The translations under genes were made by a program, and so were the position numbers. The notes under the pieces were generated by a model, which saw only the letters and a program-made list of their open reading frames with translations, made no database searches and was not told where the DNA came from. A DNA stretch of 64,000 nt, from sequence record CP128686.1; one strand, 5' to 3'. Below are positions 38,899 through 49,044 of this stretch, one piece after another. Source of the stretch: a plasmid. Each line of letters begins with the position of its first letter. The stretch's first letter is position 1.

Positions 38899-41100
38899 AT
38901 GATGATAAGCAAAAAGTATACGCTTTGGGCTCTCAACCCACTGCTTCTTACCATGATGGCGCCAGCAGTCGCTCAACAAACCGATGATGAAACGTTCGTG
39001 GTGTCTGCCAACCGCAGCAATCGCACCGTAGCGGAGATGGCGCAAACCACCTGGGTTATCGAAAACGCCGAACTGGAACAGCAGATTCAGGGCGGCAAAG
39101 AGCTTAAAGACGCACTGGCTCAGCTGATCCCTGGCCTTGACGTCAGCAGCCGAAGCCGCACCAACTACGGTATGAATGTGCGTGGCCGCCCTCTGGTCGT
39201 GCTGGTTGACGGCGTACGTCTCAACTCTTCACGTACCGACAGCCGACAACTGGACTCTATAGATCCTTTTAATATCGACCGTATTGAAGTGATCTCCGGT
39301 GCGACGTCCCTGTACGGCGGCGGCAGTACCGGTGGCCTGATCAACATCGTGACCAAAAAAGGCCAGCCGGAAACCATAATGGAGTTTGAGGCTGGCACCA
39401 AAAGTGGCTTTAGCAGCAGTAAAGATCACGATGAACGCATTGCCGGAGCTGTCTCCGGCGGAAATGAGCATATTTCCGGACGTCTTTCCGTGGCATATCA
39501 GAAATTTGGCGGCTGGTTTGACGGTAACGGCGATGCCACCCTGCTTGATAACACCCAGACCGGCCTGCAGTACTCCGATCGGCTGGACATCATGGGAACT
39601 GGTACGCTGAACATCGATGAATCCCGGCAGCTTCAGTTGATCACACAGTACTATAAAAGCCAGGGCGACGACGATTACGGGCTTAATCTCGGGAAAGGCT
39701 TCTCTGCCATCAGAGGGACCAGCACGCCATTCGTCAGTAACGGGCTGAATTCCGACCGTATTCCCGGCACTGAGCGGCATTTGATCAGCCTGCAGTACTC
39801 TGACAGCGCTTTCCTGGGACAGGAGCTGGTCGGTCAGGTTTACTACCGCGATGAGTCGTTGCGATTCTACCCGTTCCCGACGGTAAATGCGAACAAACAG
39901 GTGACGGCTTTCTCTTCGTCACAGCAGGACACCGACCAGTACGGCATGAAACTGACTCTGAACAGCAAACCGATGGACGGCTGGCAAATCACCTGGGGGC
40001 TGGATGCTGATCATGAGCGCTTTACCTCCAACCAGATGTTCTTCGACCTGGCTCAGGCAAGCGCTTCCGGAGGGCTGAACAACAAGAAGATTTACACCAC
40101 CGGGCGCTATCCGTCGTATGACATCACCAACCTAGCGGCCTTCCTGCAATCAGGCTATGACATCAATAATCTCTTTACCCTCAACGGTGGCGTACGCTAT
40201 CAGTACACTGAAAACAAGATTGATGATTTCATCGGCTACGCGCAGCAACGGCAGATTGCCGCCGGGAAGGCTACATCCGCCGACGCCATTCCTGGCGGCT
40301 CAGTCGATTACGACAACTTCCTGTTCAACGCCGGTCTGCTGATGCACATCACCGAACGCCAGCAGGCATGGCTCAACTTCTCCCAGGGCGTGGAGCTGCC
40401 GGACCCGGGTAAATACTATGGTCGCGGCATCTATGGTGCTGCAGTGAACGGCCATCTTCCTCTAACAAAGAGTGTGAACGTCAGCGACAGCAAGCTGGAA
40501 GGCGTGAAAGTCGATTCTTATGAGCTGGGCTGGCGCTTTACTGGCAATAATCTGCGCACCCAAATCGCGGCCTACTATTCGATTTCTGATAAGAGCGTGG
40601 TGGCGAATAAAGATCTGACCATCAGCGTGGTGGACGACAAACGCCGTATTTACGGCGTGGAAGGTGCGGTGGACTACCTGATTCCTGATACTGACTGGAG
40701 TACCGGAGTGAACTTCAACGTGCTGAAAACTGAGTCGAAAGTGAACGGTACCTGGCAGAAATACGATGTGAAGACAGCAAGCCCATCAAAAGCGACAGCC
40801 TACATTGGCTGGGCACCGGACCCGTGGAGTCTGCGCGTGCAGAGCACCACCTCCTTTGACGTGAGCGACGCGCAGGGCTACAAGGTCGATGGCTATACCA
40901 CCGTGGATCTGCTCGGCAGTTATCAGCTTCCGGTGGGTACACTCAGCTTCAGCATTGAAAACCTCTTCGACCGTGACTACACCACTGTCTGGGGGCAGCG
41001 TGCACCACTGTACTACAGCCCGGGTTACGGCCCAGCGTCACTGTACGACTACAAAGGCAGGGGCCGAACCTTTGGTCTGAACTACTCTGTGCTGTTCTGA
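38899..41100 (+). CDS. iutA: TonB-dependent ferric aerobactin receptor IutA.
   Basis: 733 aa with a signal peptide, TonB box (ETFVVSA), plug and barrel, and a terminal F. Confidence 0.92.
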   Translation: MMISKKYTLWALNPLLLTMMAPAVAQQTDDETFVVSANRSNRTVAEMAQTTWVIENAELEQQIQGGKELKDALAQLIPGLDVSSRSRTNYGMNVRGRPLVVLVDGVRLNSSRTDSRQLDSIDPFNIDRIEVISGATSLYGGGSTGGLINIVTKKGQPETIMEFEAGTKSGFSSSKDHDERIAGAVSGGNEHISGRLSVAYQKFGGWFDGNGDATLLDNTQTGLQYSDRLDIMGTGTLNIDESRQLQLITQYYKSQGDDDYGLNLGKGFSAIRGTSTPFVSNGLNSDRIPGTERHLISLQYSDSAFLGQELVGQVYYRDESLRFYPFPTVNANKQVTAFSSSQQDTDQYGMKLTLNSKPMDGWQITWGLDADHERFTSNQMFFDLAQASASGGLNNKKIYTTGRYPSYDITNLAAFLQSGYDINNLFTLNGGVRYQYTENKIDDFIGYAQQRQIAAGKATSADAIPGGSVDYDNFLFNAGLLMHITERQQAWLNFSQGVELPDPGKYYGRGIYGAAVNGHLPLTKSVNVSDSKLEGVKVDSYELGWRFTGNNLRTQIAAYYSISDKSVVANKDLTISVVDDKRRIYGVEGAVDYLIPDTDWSTGVNFNVLKTESKVNGTWQKYDVKTASPSKATAYIGWAPDPWSLRVQSTTSFDVSDAQGYKVDGYTTVDLLGSYQLPVGTLSFSIENLFDRDYTTVWGQRAPLYYSPGYGPASLYDYKGRGRTFGLNYSVLF

Positions 41101-41175
41101 CCGGTATTCCTTTACAACAAAGGTACGCTGATATCAACATGGCCGCTGACAGCCAAGTTGATATCATATAATACA

Positions 41176-41236
41176 CGACATAATCTGTAGTCAGGGAGGA
41201 TAGACTCTTTACTGACTACAGATTAAGATTATGTCG
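41176..41236. repeat. Large imperfect inverted repeat or stem-loop about 75 bp downstream of iutA.
   Basis: taatctgtagtcag (41181..41194) pairs with ctgactacagatta (41212..41225). Outer cgaca/tgtcg arms lie beyond a 6-nt bulge. 17-nt loop. Confidence 0.5.
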
Positions 41237-41766
41237 TATTCCGTGCTCATTTCCTCAAAAAAATACAAGAAAAGAATTAGTATTCTAACAAAAAGTGAAA
41301 TAAATTGTATCAAACTCCCTCTTTTAATCCTGTTGAGTAAATCAGCTTTTGCAATAGGATTGAAAGAGTGTGAGTGGAATCTCTTCCGGATACTCGTTAC
41401 CACCGTGGCTAGAATATCTACGGCTGCGGGCCAGTAATAGATTAAGTGATAACAGCTGTCTGGAAATGTAGGGGCGTATCCACTAATCATAATGGGGTTC
41501 TACGCCGGAACCGCCGAAATTTCCGTCACTGCCAGTGAAACCTCTTTTCCATCCACGAATCCGTTACCTGTAACACTGACTGACATCGTGTGATATTCAG
41601 GATGTTACTGGTAAGTTGAGCCAGTCATGCTTTTTTTAGTTTTGGAAAAAAGCAATAAAAACAAATGAATATATCTCATCCCTCTTATTTTTTATAAATA
41701 TTCCTTGCCTACCTATCTATTGATAGGTAGGATGCAGGTATACTTAATCACCAGGAGAGATCGTCC

Positions 41767-42027
41767 ATGAAACGCATTATCCATACCACCGTTGCCGCAC
41801 TTGCTCTTACCCTGGCCAGCTACGCAGCCGCCGCAGATGAAATTAACCGTCAGGACGCTGCGGGTCTGATGCCGTCAGGCCATATTTCTGCCGGCAATCT
41901 GTCAACGCTAGACGAAGTGACCGCTGCGCTTAAAGCCAGAGTAGAGCAGGCCGGGGCCTCTTACTTCCGTATCACTTCGCTTGACGGTAAAAATAAATTT
42001 TACGGAACCGCCGTTATCTACCGCTAA
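41767..42027 (+). CDS. YdgH/BhsA/McbA-family (DUF1471) periplasmic stress protein.
   Basis: 86 aa. Signal peptide and the C-terminal pattern YFRITSLDGKNKFYGTAVIYR. Confidence 0.55.
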   Translation: MKRIIHTTVAALALTLASYAAAADEINRQDAAGLMPSGHISAGNLSTLDEVTAALKARVEQAGASYFRITSLDGKNKFYGTAVIYR

Positions 42028-42068
42028 GGTACGTATACAGTGCCCTTCATACATAACAGGAAAATGCG

Positions 42069-42629
42069 GTGTCTACTTACGACAAAATACTTCGCCTGAC
42101 GGATACCTTAATTCAGCAACGCGGATTTCTGGGTTTCAGCTATGCCGACCTGGCAAAAGAGATTGGTATCAGAAAAGCCAGTATCCACCACCATTTTCCC
42201 GGGAAAACCGATCTGGGTTTGGCCTACTGCGAATACAAAACAGGGGTGTTTAGTCAGCTTGATGCCGCCCTCCATGATATTCCTCCGGGGGTACAACGCC
42301 TCAGGGCGTATCTCGACGCGTTTGCCGGCTGTGCAGAGAGAGAGGAAATGTGCGGCGTTTACGCCATGCTGTCGGACAGTCACCAGTTCTCCTCTGAACT
42401 GCAGAAAGCTGTCAGCTGCCTGGCACAGACGGAGATGCTAATACTGAAAAACGTCCTTGCTTCCGGGCAGAAAAGCGGCGAGCTCAGGTCTGTCGTCCCT
42501 CCTGATGAGCTTGCCATCATTGTCTGCTCCGCACTGAAGGGCGCGCTGATGCTGAACCGGATCCCTCCTCATGATGCCTATACCGGTGCCGTTGACGCTT
42601 TAATGATGATGCTTGATGCCCGTACCTGA
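42069..42629 (+). CDS. TetR/AcrR-family transcriptional regulator.
   Basis: N-terminal HTH (FSYADLAKEIGIRKASIHHHFPGKTDL). Confidence 0.75.
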   Translation: MSTYDKILRLTDTLIQQRGFLGFSYADLAKEIGIRKASIHHHFPGKTDLGLAYCEYKTGVFSQLDAALHDIPPGVQRLRAYLDAFAGCAEREEMCGVYAMLSDSHQFSSELQKAVSCLAQTEMLILKNVLASGQKSGELRSVVPPDELAIIVCSALKGALMLNRIPPHDAYTGAVDALMMMLDART

Positions 42630-42666
42630 TTTCTGACAGGGCATAGTTTTTTGCCTGGAGAATAGA

Positions 42667-43095
42667 ATGAAAAATTTTTTCAAAAGTTTTATCCGCTCAG
42701 ACAACGACATGGTTATTCTTCGCCTGTCGGTTATCACGATATTTATGTTGTTCGGGACCTATAAATGGTTTGATTTTGAAGTGATGGCCCTCGAACCTAT
42801 TATTTCCTCAACATGGCTGAATATCCTGTATATCCTCTTTGGTGTCCACGGGGGGAGCTACTTCCTCGGCGTAATGGAAACGCTTACCTTTCTGGCACTG
42901 ATTATCGGTTTCTTCAGACCTGCTGCCGGCGTGCTGGGGGATATCATCGTTATCGTCACAGGTATCACCACACTGAGTTTGCTGCCACAACTGGGGAAAA
43001 TTGACAGCTTCATCATAAAAGATGTTCTGTTAATCGGTGCCGGTGCTGTCCTGCTGAAACATGACCTGAAAAGATATTTAACTATCAGGGCCTGA
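42667..43095 (+). CDS. Small integral membrane protein (DUF417/DoxX-like).
   Basis: Four hydrophobic segments. Lies downstream of the TetR gene. Confidence 0.4.
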   Translation: MKNFFKSFIRSDNDMVILRLSVITIFMLFGTYKWFDFEVMALEPIISSTWLNILYILFGVHGGSYFLGVMETLTFLALIIGFFRPAAGVLGDIIVIVTGITTLSLLPQLGKIDSFIIKDVLLIGAGAVLLKHDLKRYLTIRA

Positions 43096-43178
43096 AAGCC
43101 CTCCCTGTAACCCAAAGGAAAAATTATGAACATGAACTGGAATGAATAAAGAAAAAACCTAAAAATGTCGGCTCACTC

Positions 43179-43454
43179 GTGACTGAGATCCCTGAACCCC
43201 TGAAGGTCTATCAGACTATCGCTGAATTTGCCAATCGTCAGGGCGTGCTGGACCAGAAAACACAGGAGCTGATTTCCCTGGCGGTCGCCGTAACGACCCG
43301 GTGCGACGGCTGCATCAGTATTCACTCACAGGCGGCCCTGAAAGCCGGTGCATCCAGAGAAGAAATCGCCGCTGCGCTGGCCGTGGCTGTTTCCCTGAAC
43401 GCGGGCGCCGCAGTAGTTTATTCATCACATGTGATGGAAGCCATAAATCAGTAA
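43179..43454 (+). CDS. Carboxymuconolactone decarboxylase-family (AhpD-like) protein.
   Basis: 91 aa. AhpD-like CDGC...H signature (RCDGCISIHSQAA). Confidence 0.55.
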   Translation: MTEIPEPLKVYQTIAEFANRQGVLDQKTQELISLAVAVTTRCDGCISIHSQAALKAGASREEIAAALAVAVSLNAGAAVVYSSHVMEAINQ

Positions 43455-43504
43455 AGCATATATAATGAAGTATATAACGATGGCAGGTAAGCTGTTATCA
43501 ACTC

Positions 43505-44008
43505 ATGGAGGAAAAAATGAAGACCAGACTTAAAGTTATCCTGCTAATTTCACACCTGGCTGTTCTGGGAGCGGGTACCGGCCTGGGGATTTATCTGCTG
43601 CCGATACTGACTGCCCAGGAAAATGCTTCGCTGAACGAAATCAACGATGTGCGGAAGCTGGCAAAATATAAGGGTGATTTTAAACGTAATCAGAAAGGCA
43701 GCGATGTTCTTCACTGGGCAGAGGGCGAGCTTTACGTTACCGATAACGAAATCGCCTTCAAAGGTGAAGTAGCGCCCGGGCCGGATTACAAAATCTATCT
43801 GACGAAAAAACAGGCGGTAGATAAGAGTTCTTTTCTGGAAATGAAAAAAGAGGCCGTGCTGATTGGAGAACTCAAAAACTTTGGTAATTTCAGAAAGAGT
43901 ATTCCTGACAGTGTTAACGTCAATGAATTCACCACCGTTCAGATATGGTGTGAACGGTTCTCCAAATTTATTGGCTCTGCTGAATACCGGCATGAGGCCG
44001 GACAATAA
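43505..44008 (+). CDS. Secreted protein, possibly DM13-domain.
   Basis: Signal/TM at the N-terminus followed by a roughly 110-aa beta-rich domain. Assignment is tentative. Confidence 0.35.
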   Translation: MEEKMKTRLKVILLISHLAVLGAGTGLGIYLLPILTAQENASLNEINDVRKLAKYKGDFKRNQKGSDVLHWAEGELYVTDNEIAFKGEVAPGPDYKIYLTKKQAVDKSSFLEMKKEAVLIGELKNFGNFRKSIPDSVNVNEFTTVQIWCERFSKFIGSAEYRHEAGQ

Positions 44009-44056
44009 TCATCTGTGGTTCTGTTTTATGAGTAATCACTACAAGGAAACTTAAAT

Positions 44057-44977
44057 ATGTTAAAGAAAACCGTTATAACCAGCGCTGTTGTGTCTGCCCT
44101 GTTACTCTCATCCTCCGGTATTGCGGCCGCCGTCGCCGGCGATAAATCCGGCGCGCAAACGCCAGCAGCCAGCCGGCTCGTCATGTCGTCAGATTCTTAC
44201 GGCGAAATTATTGGGCAATTCAACAGCCCTGACGGGGCGGTCGTGGGGGCCACTTTGCCTGGCAAAAGTGTTTCATTCAGCATTCCGGTGAAGAAACATC
44301 ACGGACAGTATCTGCATTTTGCCTTCATGCATGCCGCCTCTGCGTCAGAAGGCTGGTTCTTTGCCCCGGCGTCAGAACAGGGGATTAATCTCACAGGTCT
44401 GATGACTGAGGACGGGAAACCGGTAGACATAACGGAACAGATTGCTCTTTTCCGGGCTCCTGCTGCAGACCAGCTTGTGAAAGTTACAGCAGATAGTGGA
44501 AAACTCAGGCTCGGGGCTGCAGCGAAGTTTATGACGGCAAAACTGACCCGTCATAATGGTATGTTTGTCATCAGCATTAAAAATATTTCTGAAGGAGACT
44601 ACGAAACACCATTTTCCTCCGGTGTGTGGGGCGTGACAGGAACCGCAGTCCGAAGTTTCGACCATGAACCTTCTTCAGCCTTATCAAAACTGGCCACCAC
44701 AGGGCACAGAGGCGAATTGTATAAACTTGCTCAGAAAAAAATACCAGAACAAAATAACGCACTTTCAATGGAGCTGACCAGAGGTGCCATTAAAATGGCC
44801 GAAGAACAGATGGCAGGTCATAAAAAAATAGGTAGCATCAGCGGAACTGCGCCAACTCAGGGAGAACTGGAGAAGAAATTTGCCATGGCTGCGGCGCAAA
44901 TGGGGGCCAGATATTACGTTATCACCGGCCTCAGTAATAACAACTATGCCTTTGGTAACGCTGATATCTACGAATAA
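44057..44977 (+). CDS. Secreted two-domain protein with a spondin-N-like N-terminal region and a DUF1471 (YdgH/BhsA-like) C-terminus.
   Basis: Signal peptide. The C-terminal ARYYVITGLSNNNYAFGNADIYE matches the DUF1471 end motif. Confidence 0.45.
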   Translation: MLKKTVITSAVVSALLLSSSGIAAAVAGDKSGAQTPAASRLVMSSDSYGEIIGQFNSPDGAVVGATLPGKSVSFSIPVKKHHGQYLHFAFMHAASASEGWFFAPASEQGINLTGLMTEDGKPVDITEQIALFRAPAADQLVKVTADSGKLRLGAAAKFMTAKLTRHNGMFVISIKNISEGDYETPFSSGVWGVTGTAVRSFDHEPSSALSKLATTGHRGELYKLAQKKIPEQNNALSMELTRGAIKMAEEQMAGHKKIGSISGTAPTQGELEKKFAMAAAQMGARYYVITGLSNNNYAFGNADIYE

Positions 44978-45067
44978 CTAAAACGCTTTATTATGCAGTG
45001 AACGTTATCCCCCATCCTTGAGGGGCAAGGGGATAACGTTCAGGATTATCGCCACCGGGAATAACAG

Positions 45068-45474
45068 ATGAACACCGATTTTTCTTACAGAGATTTATTT
45101 CGTGACTTAAGTTCGCTAATGGCGGGAGAAACCAGCTTTGTTACCATGATGGCTAACACCAGCTCGCTGCTGTATAACCGTATGGAGAATATAATTTTAT
45201 GTGCTGGAGAAGGATATCCTTGTTCTTGGACCATTCCAGGGGGAACATTGCCTGCGCCCGAATTCCGGTAGGCTCCGGCGTTTGCGGGACGGCAGTTGCA
45301 GAGGAACGGATCCTGTGCATAAATAATGTCCATAGTTTTAATGGTCATATTGTCTGTGATACAGCCAGTAACTCGGAAATCGTTTTACCTGTCCGGATTA
45401 ATAATACCGTCGTTGGTGCTCTGGACATAGACAGCCCCGCATTTTCCCGTTTTTCATCAGAGGACGAACTGTGA
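45068..45474 (+). pseudogene. GAF-domain free methionine-(R)-sulfoxide reductase (MsrC/YebR-like), frameshifted.
   Basis: 45068..45271 (LMAGETSF...) and 45199..45474 (IACARIPVGSGVCGTAVA...DTASNSEIVLPV) together match E. coli YebR but sit in two frames. Confidence 0.55.
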
Positions 45475-45499
45475 TTAAATAAACTGGCAGTACAATTCG

Positions 45500-45780
45500 G
45501 TAAAATGGCTGAATTAACCGATTATCTTAAAATTGTCTCTTTTTTAGATGGCTATACTCTTTTATCGAAAATTTATGATTCACACCATCTAATAAAAATA
45601 TTGTGTTTGAGTCTGGTAGGTATGCATGTATATCACTGTTTGATATTAGACAAAGATAATATTGGATGTCCGGAAAATACATTTCATTCCTGCAAAGAAG
45701 TAAGTGTTTTCGGTAACGATATACAATCTCATAGTGTTCTTACCTTTAATGCATCCTTATATATCAACTAAAACTGTCAT
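45500..45780 (-). pseudogene. rmpC2: rmpC2 remnant, 5' part only.
   Basis: Plus-strand 45540..45600 is nearly identical to plus-strand 13215..13285, which is antisense to rmpC. That places an rmpC-like 5' fragment on the minus strand downstream of rmpD2. No full LuxR ORF remains. Confidence 0.4.
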
Positions 45781-45805
45781 TAATTATATATGATTATTAT
45801 ATTAT

Positions 45806-45970
45806 TTATTGAGTGTGAGACGTTTTATGGTGATTATTTTTTTTGCGCCTCCTTCTTCTTGATAGGAATATGTTTCTCAACCTCCTTCTTTGAGCTATGT
45901 AAGAATAAAAATTATAAATTGACAAATAAAATAGAAAAAGAATTATAAATATAATGGATGGATAGTTCAC
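45806..45970 (-). CDS. rmpD2: RmpD2 candidate, 54 aa with a GTG start.
   Basis: Manual translation gives VNYPSIIFIILFLFYLSIYNFYSYIAQRRRLRNIFLSRRRRRKKNNHHKTSHTQ. It has the same architecture as rmpD (hydrophobic helix and Arg-rich tail). ggagg lies upstream of the GTG. Confidence 0.45.
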   Translation of the reverse strand: MNYPSIIFIILFLFYLSIYNFYSYIAQRRRLRNIFLSRRRRRKKNNHHKTSHTQ

Positions 45971-45988
45971 CTCCTCCCCCCTTTTTAT

Positions 45989-46623
45989 CTAGGTATTTGA
46001 TGTGCACCATTTTTCATCAGTTATTTCTTTATTTAAGTTGTAAAGATACATAAATCTTATGAATCTTTTACAACCAAATTTTCTTGTTATTTTACATCTG
46101 TGACACGATAGTGTTTTCTCTTCAATTTTTAGACGGCTTTTTAATTCATGGATGCCCTCCCTCCTGGAGAGTAAGCATTGTAGAATGATTTGTTCTTTTT
46201 TTGTTAGTTGTGGGTAATGATTTCCAATCCGGCTAACATTTTTCTTTAAGTATGCATAATATAGCTCTTCAATGTTTTTTTTAAATTTCCTTGCATGTTG
46301 ACATAGATGTCATAATCACACCCTTTAGGATAAAACTTCTCCCCCCCCGAAATGTCAAGCCACATCCATTGACTTATCATATTTAATGTTTTCCTTAACA
46401 TTTTATAACCATCCCATTTCCCTGAATAAAAAATCCGGCTATCAACCAATACTCTTATATTTCTTTTCTGCTTAATAACTATTGGTTTATCCATCGAGCC
46501 TTCATACGTAATATAAACCAGAGGTAGTCCAGTTAACTGCTTTAGGCCGAAATAAAAATAATAATCATCAGTTAACACTAATGTAACATCCTTATTGCAC
46601 ATAAAGTAAATATATTTTTCCAT
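45989..46623 (-). pseudogene. rmpA2: rmpA2, frameshifted at an 8-A homopolymer. Its 8-G tract is in frame here.
   Basis: N-terminal ORF 46246..46623 reads through SGGEKFYPKGCDYDIYVNMQGN and then terminates. The LuxR HTH (...LTKKEQIILQCLL...KITRKFGCKRFIRFMYLY...) continues in another frame down to a TAG at 45989. Restoring a ninth A after aattt at about 46270..46282 would rejoin the frames. Confidence 0.65.
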
Positions 46624-47039
46624 TGAAACACCAGTTTCATTATCTAATGATGCCTCCAGTAATTTATCTATTCAATTATAAATGTATTTCTTTTTAAAGC
46701 AACATAATACCATTTTACATGAAACATAATGTTTACAGTTTCATGATGAATTATTATTCATTTTATGTGCTTAATAAGGTTTGTGTTTGTGTTTGCATGG
46801 TAGTAACAAATTGATTTTACTTTGAAAAAATAAATAAAGCATTTCCCTGTGTGATTAAGAATTCATAAAAAAGAATTGGATATTTGTTTATTTAGGAATT
46901 ATTTTAATAATACCCTCTTTTGAAATAATTATCACGATAATTTTATTAAAAACAACAATACCCTTGGGGATTAGATTAATCTTACCCACCAATAGTGGAC
47001 ACAGGACTAAGTGAGTAAACTCTCAACCAGAGGTGACTC

Positions 47040-47753
47040 ATGACAAAACCAGTATCAATCAGCAAGAAGCCCCGTAAACAACATACGCCTGAATTTCGTA
47101 ACGAAGCCCTGAAACTCGCTGAACGCATCGGTGTGGCCGCCGCAGCCCGTGAACTCAACCTGTACGAATCTCAGCTTTATGCCTGGCGCAGTAAACAGCA
47201 GCAACAAATGAGTTCGTCAGAGCGCGAAAGCGAACTGGCCGCTGAAAATGTCCGCCTTAAACGACAACTGGCGGAGCAGGCTGAGGAACTGGCCATCCTC
47301 CAAAAGGCCGCGACATACTTCGCGAAGCGCCTGAATTTCAGTATCTTTAAGCTTTCCCCCCGCTCGTCATTCCGTAACCCGGGCGAGCAGATTGACGGCA
47401 GCTTCCGGCTGAATGATGACTTTTACCTGTTGGAAGCTAAGTGGCATCAGAACAGAACGCCAGCGGCAGATTTGCACGTATTCGAAGGAAAACTCAGCAC
47501 CAAGGCAAAGTGGGCCCGGGGCGTGTTCATCAGATGGATGGGGTTTACTGATGAAGGTCTGACGGCCTTCGGGAAAGGAAAACGGGTGATCTGTGTCAGC
47601 GGTTATGATCTTTACCATTCACTCAGTCATGGTATCGCTCTGCCCGACCTTCTGGACGCAAAACTCCGACACGCAGCGGAAACAGGGGAACCTTATGCCC
47701 AGTTCGACAGGCTTTACACTCTTAAGGGCATAATAAGCGGCACGCCGAAATAA
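47040..47753 (+). mobile_element. IS3-family OrfA (transposase N-terminal HTH/leucine-zipper part) fused in frame to unrelated sequence. An IS remnant.
   Basis: First about 100 aa: MTKPVSISKKPRKQHTPEFRNEALKLAERIGVAAAARELNLYESQLYAWRSKQQ...LKRQLAEQAEELAILQKAATYFAKRL. This is an IS3/IS911-group OrfA. No orfB follows. Confidence 0.5.
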
Positions 47754-47766
47754 CCTGCATGGTAAT

Positions 47767-48210
47767 TCAAGAAATTACCCTGCAGAGAGCGGCTTTCTTC
47801 ACCCAGTCTTCCAGCACCAGACCCGGCACCCGCTCAAACTCTCTCACATTGTTCGTCACTAGGACGGCGCCGGCCGCGATAGCGTGCCCAGCAATGGCCG
47901 TGTCGTTCGGGCCGATCGGCGTCCCGGCGAGGCGCAGCGCCACCCGGATGTCCGTCGTGGCGTCCACCGCGGCCCGGTCCCAGGGCAGGATGGCATCGAG
48001 GCGCGCGCAGAACGCGTCGACCAGCTGAATATGGCGCGGCGAGGCCTTCGGGCCGGTGGCGCCGAAGCGCATCTCGGCATACGTCACGGCCGAGACCACG
48101 ATGCGATCACCGCGCAGCACCGCCTGTTCCAGGCGCTTCAGCACCGCTGCCGGCTGCTCGCGCATGATGAACGAGCAGATGTTAGTGTCGAGCATCCAGG
48201 TTTTCTTCAT
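47767..48210 (-). CDS. vapC: PIN-domain toxin VapC (MvpA-type).
   Basis: 147 aa. PIN acidic residues (MLDTNICS...). Four-bp overlap with the upstream antitoxin. Confidence 0.85.
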   Translation of the reverse strand: MKKTWMLDTNICSFIMREQPAAVLKRLEQAVLRGDRIVVSAVTYAEMRFGATGPKASPRHIQLVDAFCARLDAILPWDRAAVDATTDIRVALRLAGTPIGPNDTAIAGHAIAAGAVLVTNNVREFERVPGLVLEDWVKKAALCRVIS

Positions 48211-48437
48211 GGCTCAAAGCGTCCTTCATCGCTGACCACATCCTCACGCTCCGCCATAAAGTCCGGAGCGGCCCTGTCCAGCTGCGCGAACGAGCCCCAG
48301 GTCGGCCGGACGGGACGCAGAATGATGCTGTCCCCTTCCCGGACGATCTCCAGCTCGCTGACGCCGTCAAAATCCAGGTCCCGGGGCAGACGGATGGCGC
48401 GGTTATTGCCGTTTTTAAATATCGAAACTGTGCGCAT
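48207..48437 (-). CDS. vapB: VapB antitoxin (MvpT-type, SpoVT/AbrB fold).
   Basis: 76 aa. MRTVSIFKNGNNRAIRLPRDL swapped-hairpin motif. Confidence 0.8.
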   Translation of the reverse strand: MRTVSIFKNGNNRAIRLPRDLDFDGVSELEIVREGDSIILRPVRPTWGSFAQLDRAAPDFMAEREDVVSDEGRFEP

Positions 48438-49044
48438 GGATGTTCCTCCAACTGATCATGCATGATGTGTGAGTGCATATGTGCAGTATATGCCTGCCAG
48501 ATTGGTTTGTATAGGTGTCGCATATGCAGATGACTGGCATATGCGTATGTCTGCCCTATGCAGATGCGCGGAATATGGATATGCTGTGCATATCCTGTTT
48601 TCTCATTTCTCCACCGCAGATCCGAAAAATACCACAGCTGGAGGTGGCTGTTTGAACCTGCGATTCAGTGAGATAACAGGAACTGACGGCCGGTCAGCGG
48701 GTAAACGCCTTCAGAAAAAGTCACCCTGGGCGAGAAAATGGAAGTGGGGAAAATGGCATGAAGGAATTAAATAACCAATTAAAATCAGATAAATAGTGGG
48801 TTTTCGTGCCTTGAATCGGGCGAAATTTAATGTTTTCGGAAGTGAGAGGTTGCCTGATAATGGCATCAGGCAGCTGCCGACCGGTGATATGGTGATTTAC
48901 AATAATGCCGGACAGTACCTGATTTGCGCGATCTATTAAACCTGGCACCGGGCTGACAGTCTTTAATTGAGCGACCTGCAGGCCTCTATATAGTTTTATC
49001 CCTCGTCCGGCGTCATACCGGAGCCACTGATACAGGATGTCCTG

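Noticed and set aside
47859..48465. 193-aa and 73-aa plus/minus-strand ORFs overlapping vapBC.
   Set aside because: They are antisense or alternative-frame ORFs inside the well-supported vapC/vapB genes and reflect local high GC.
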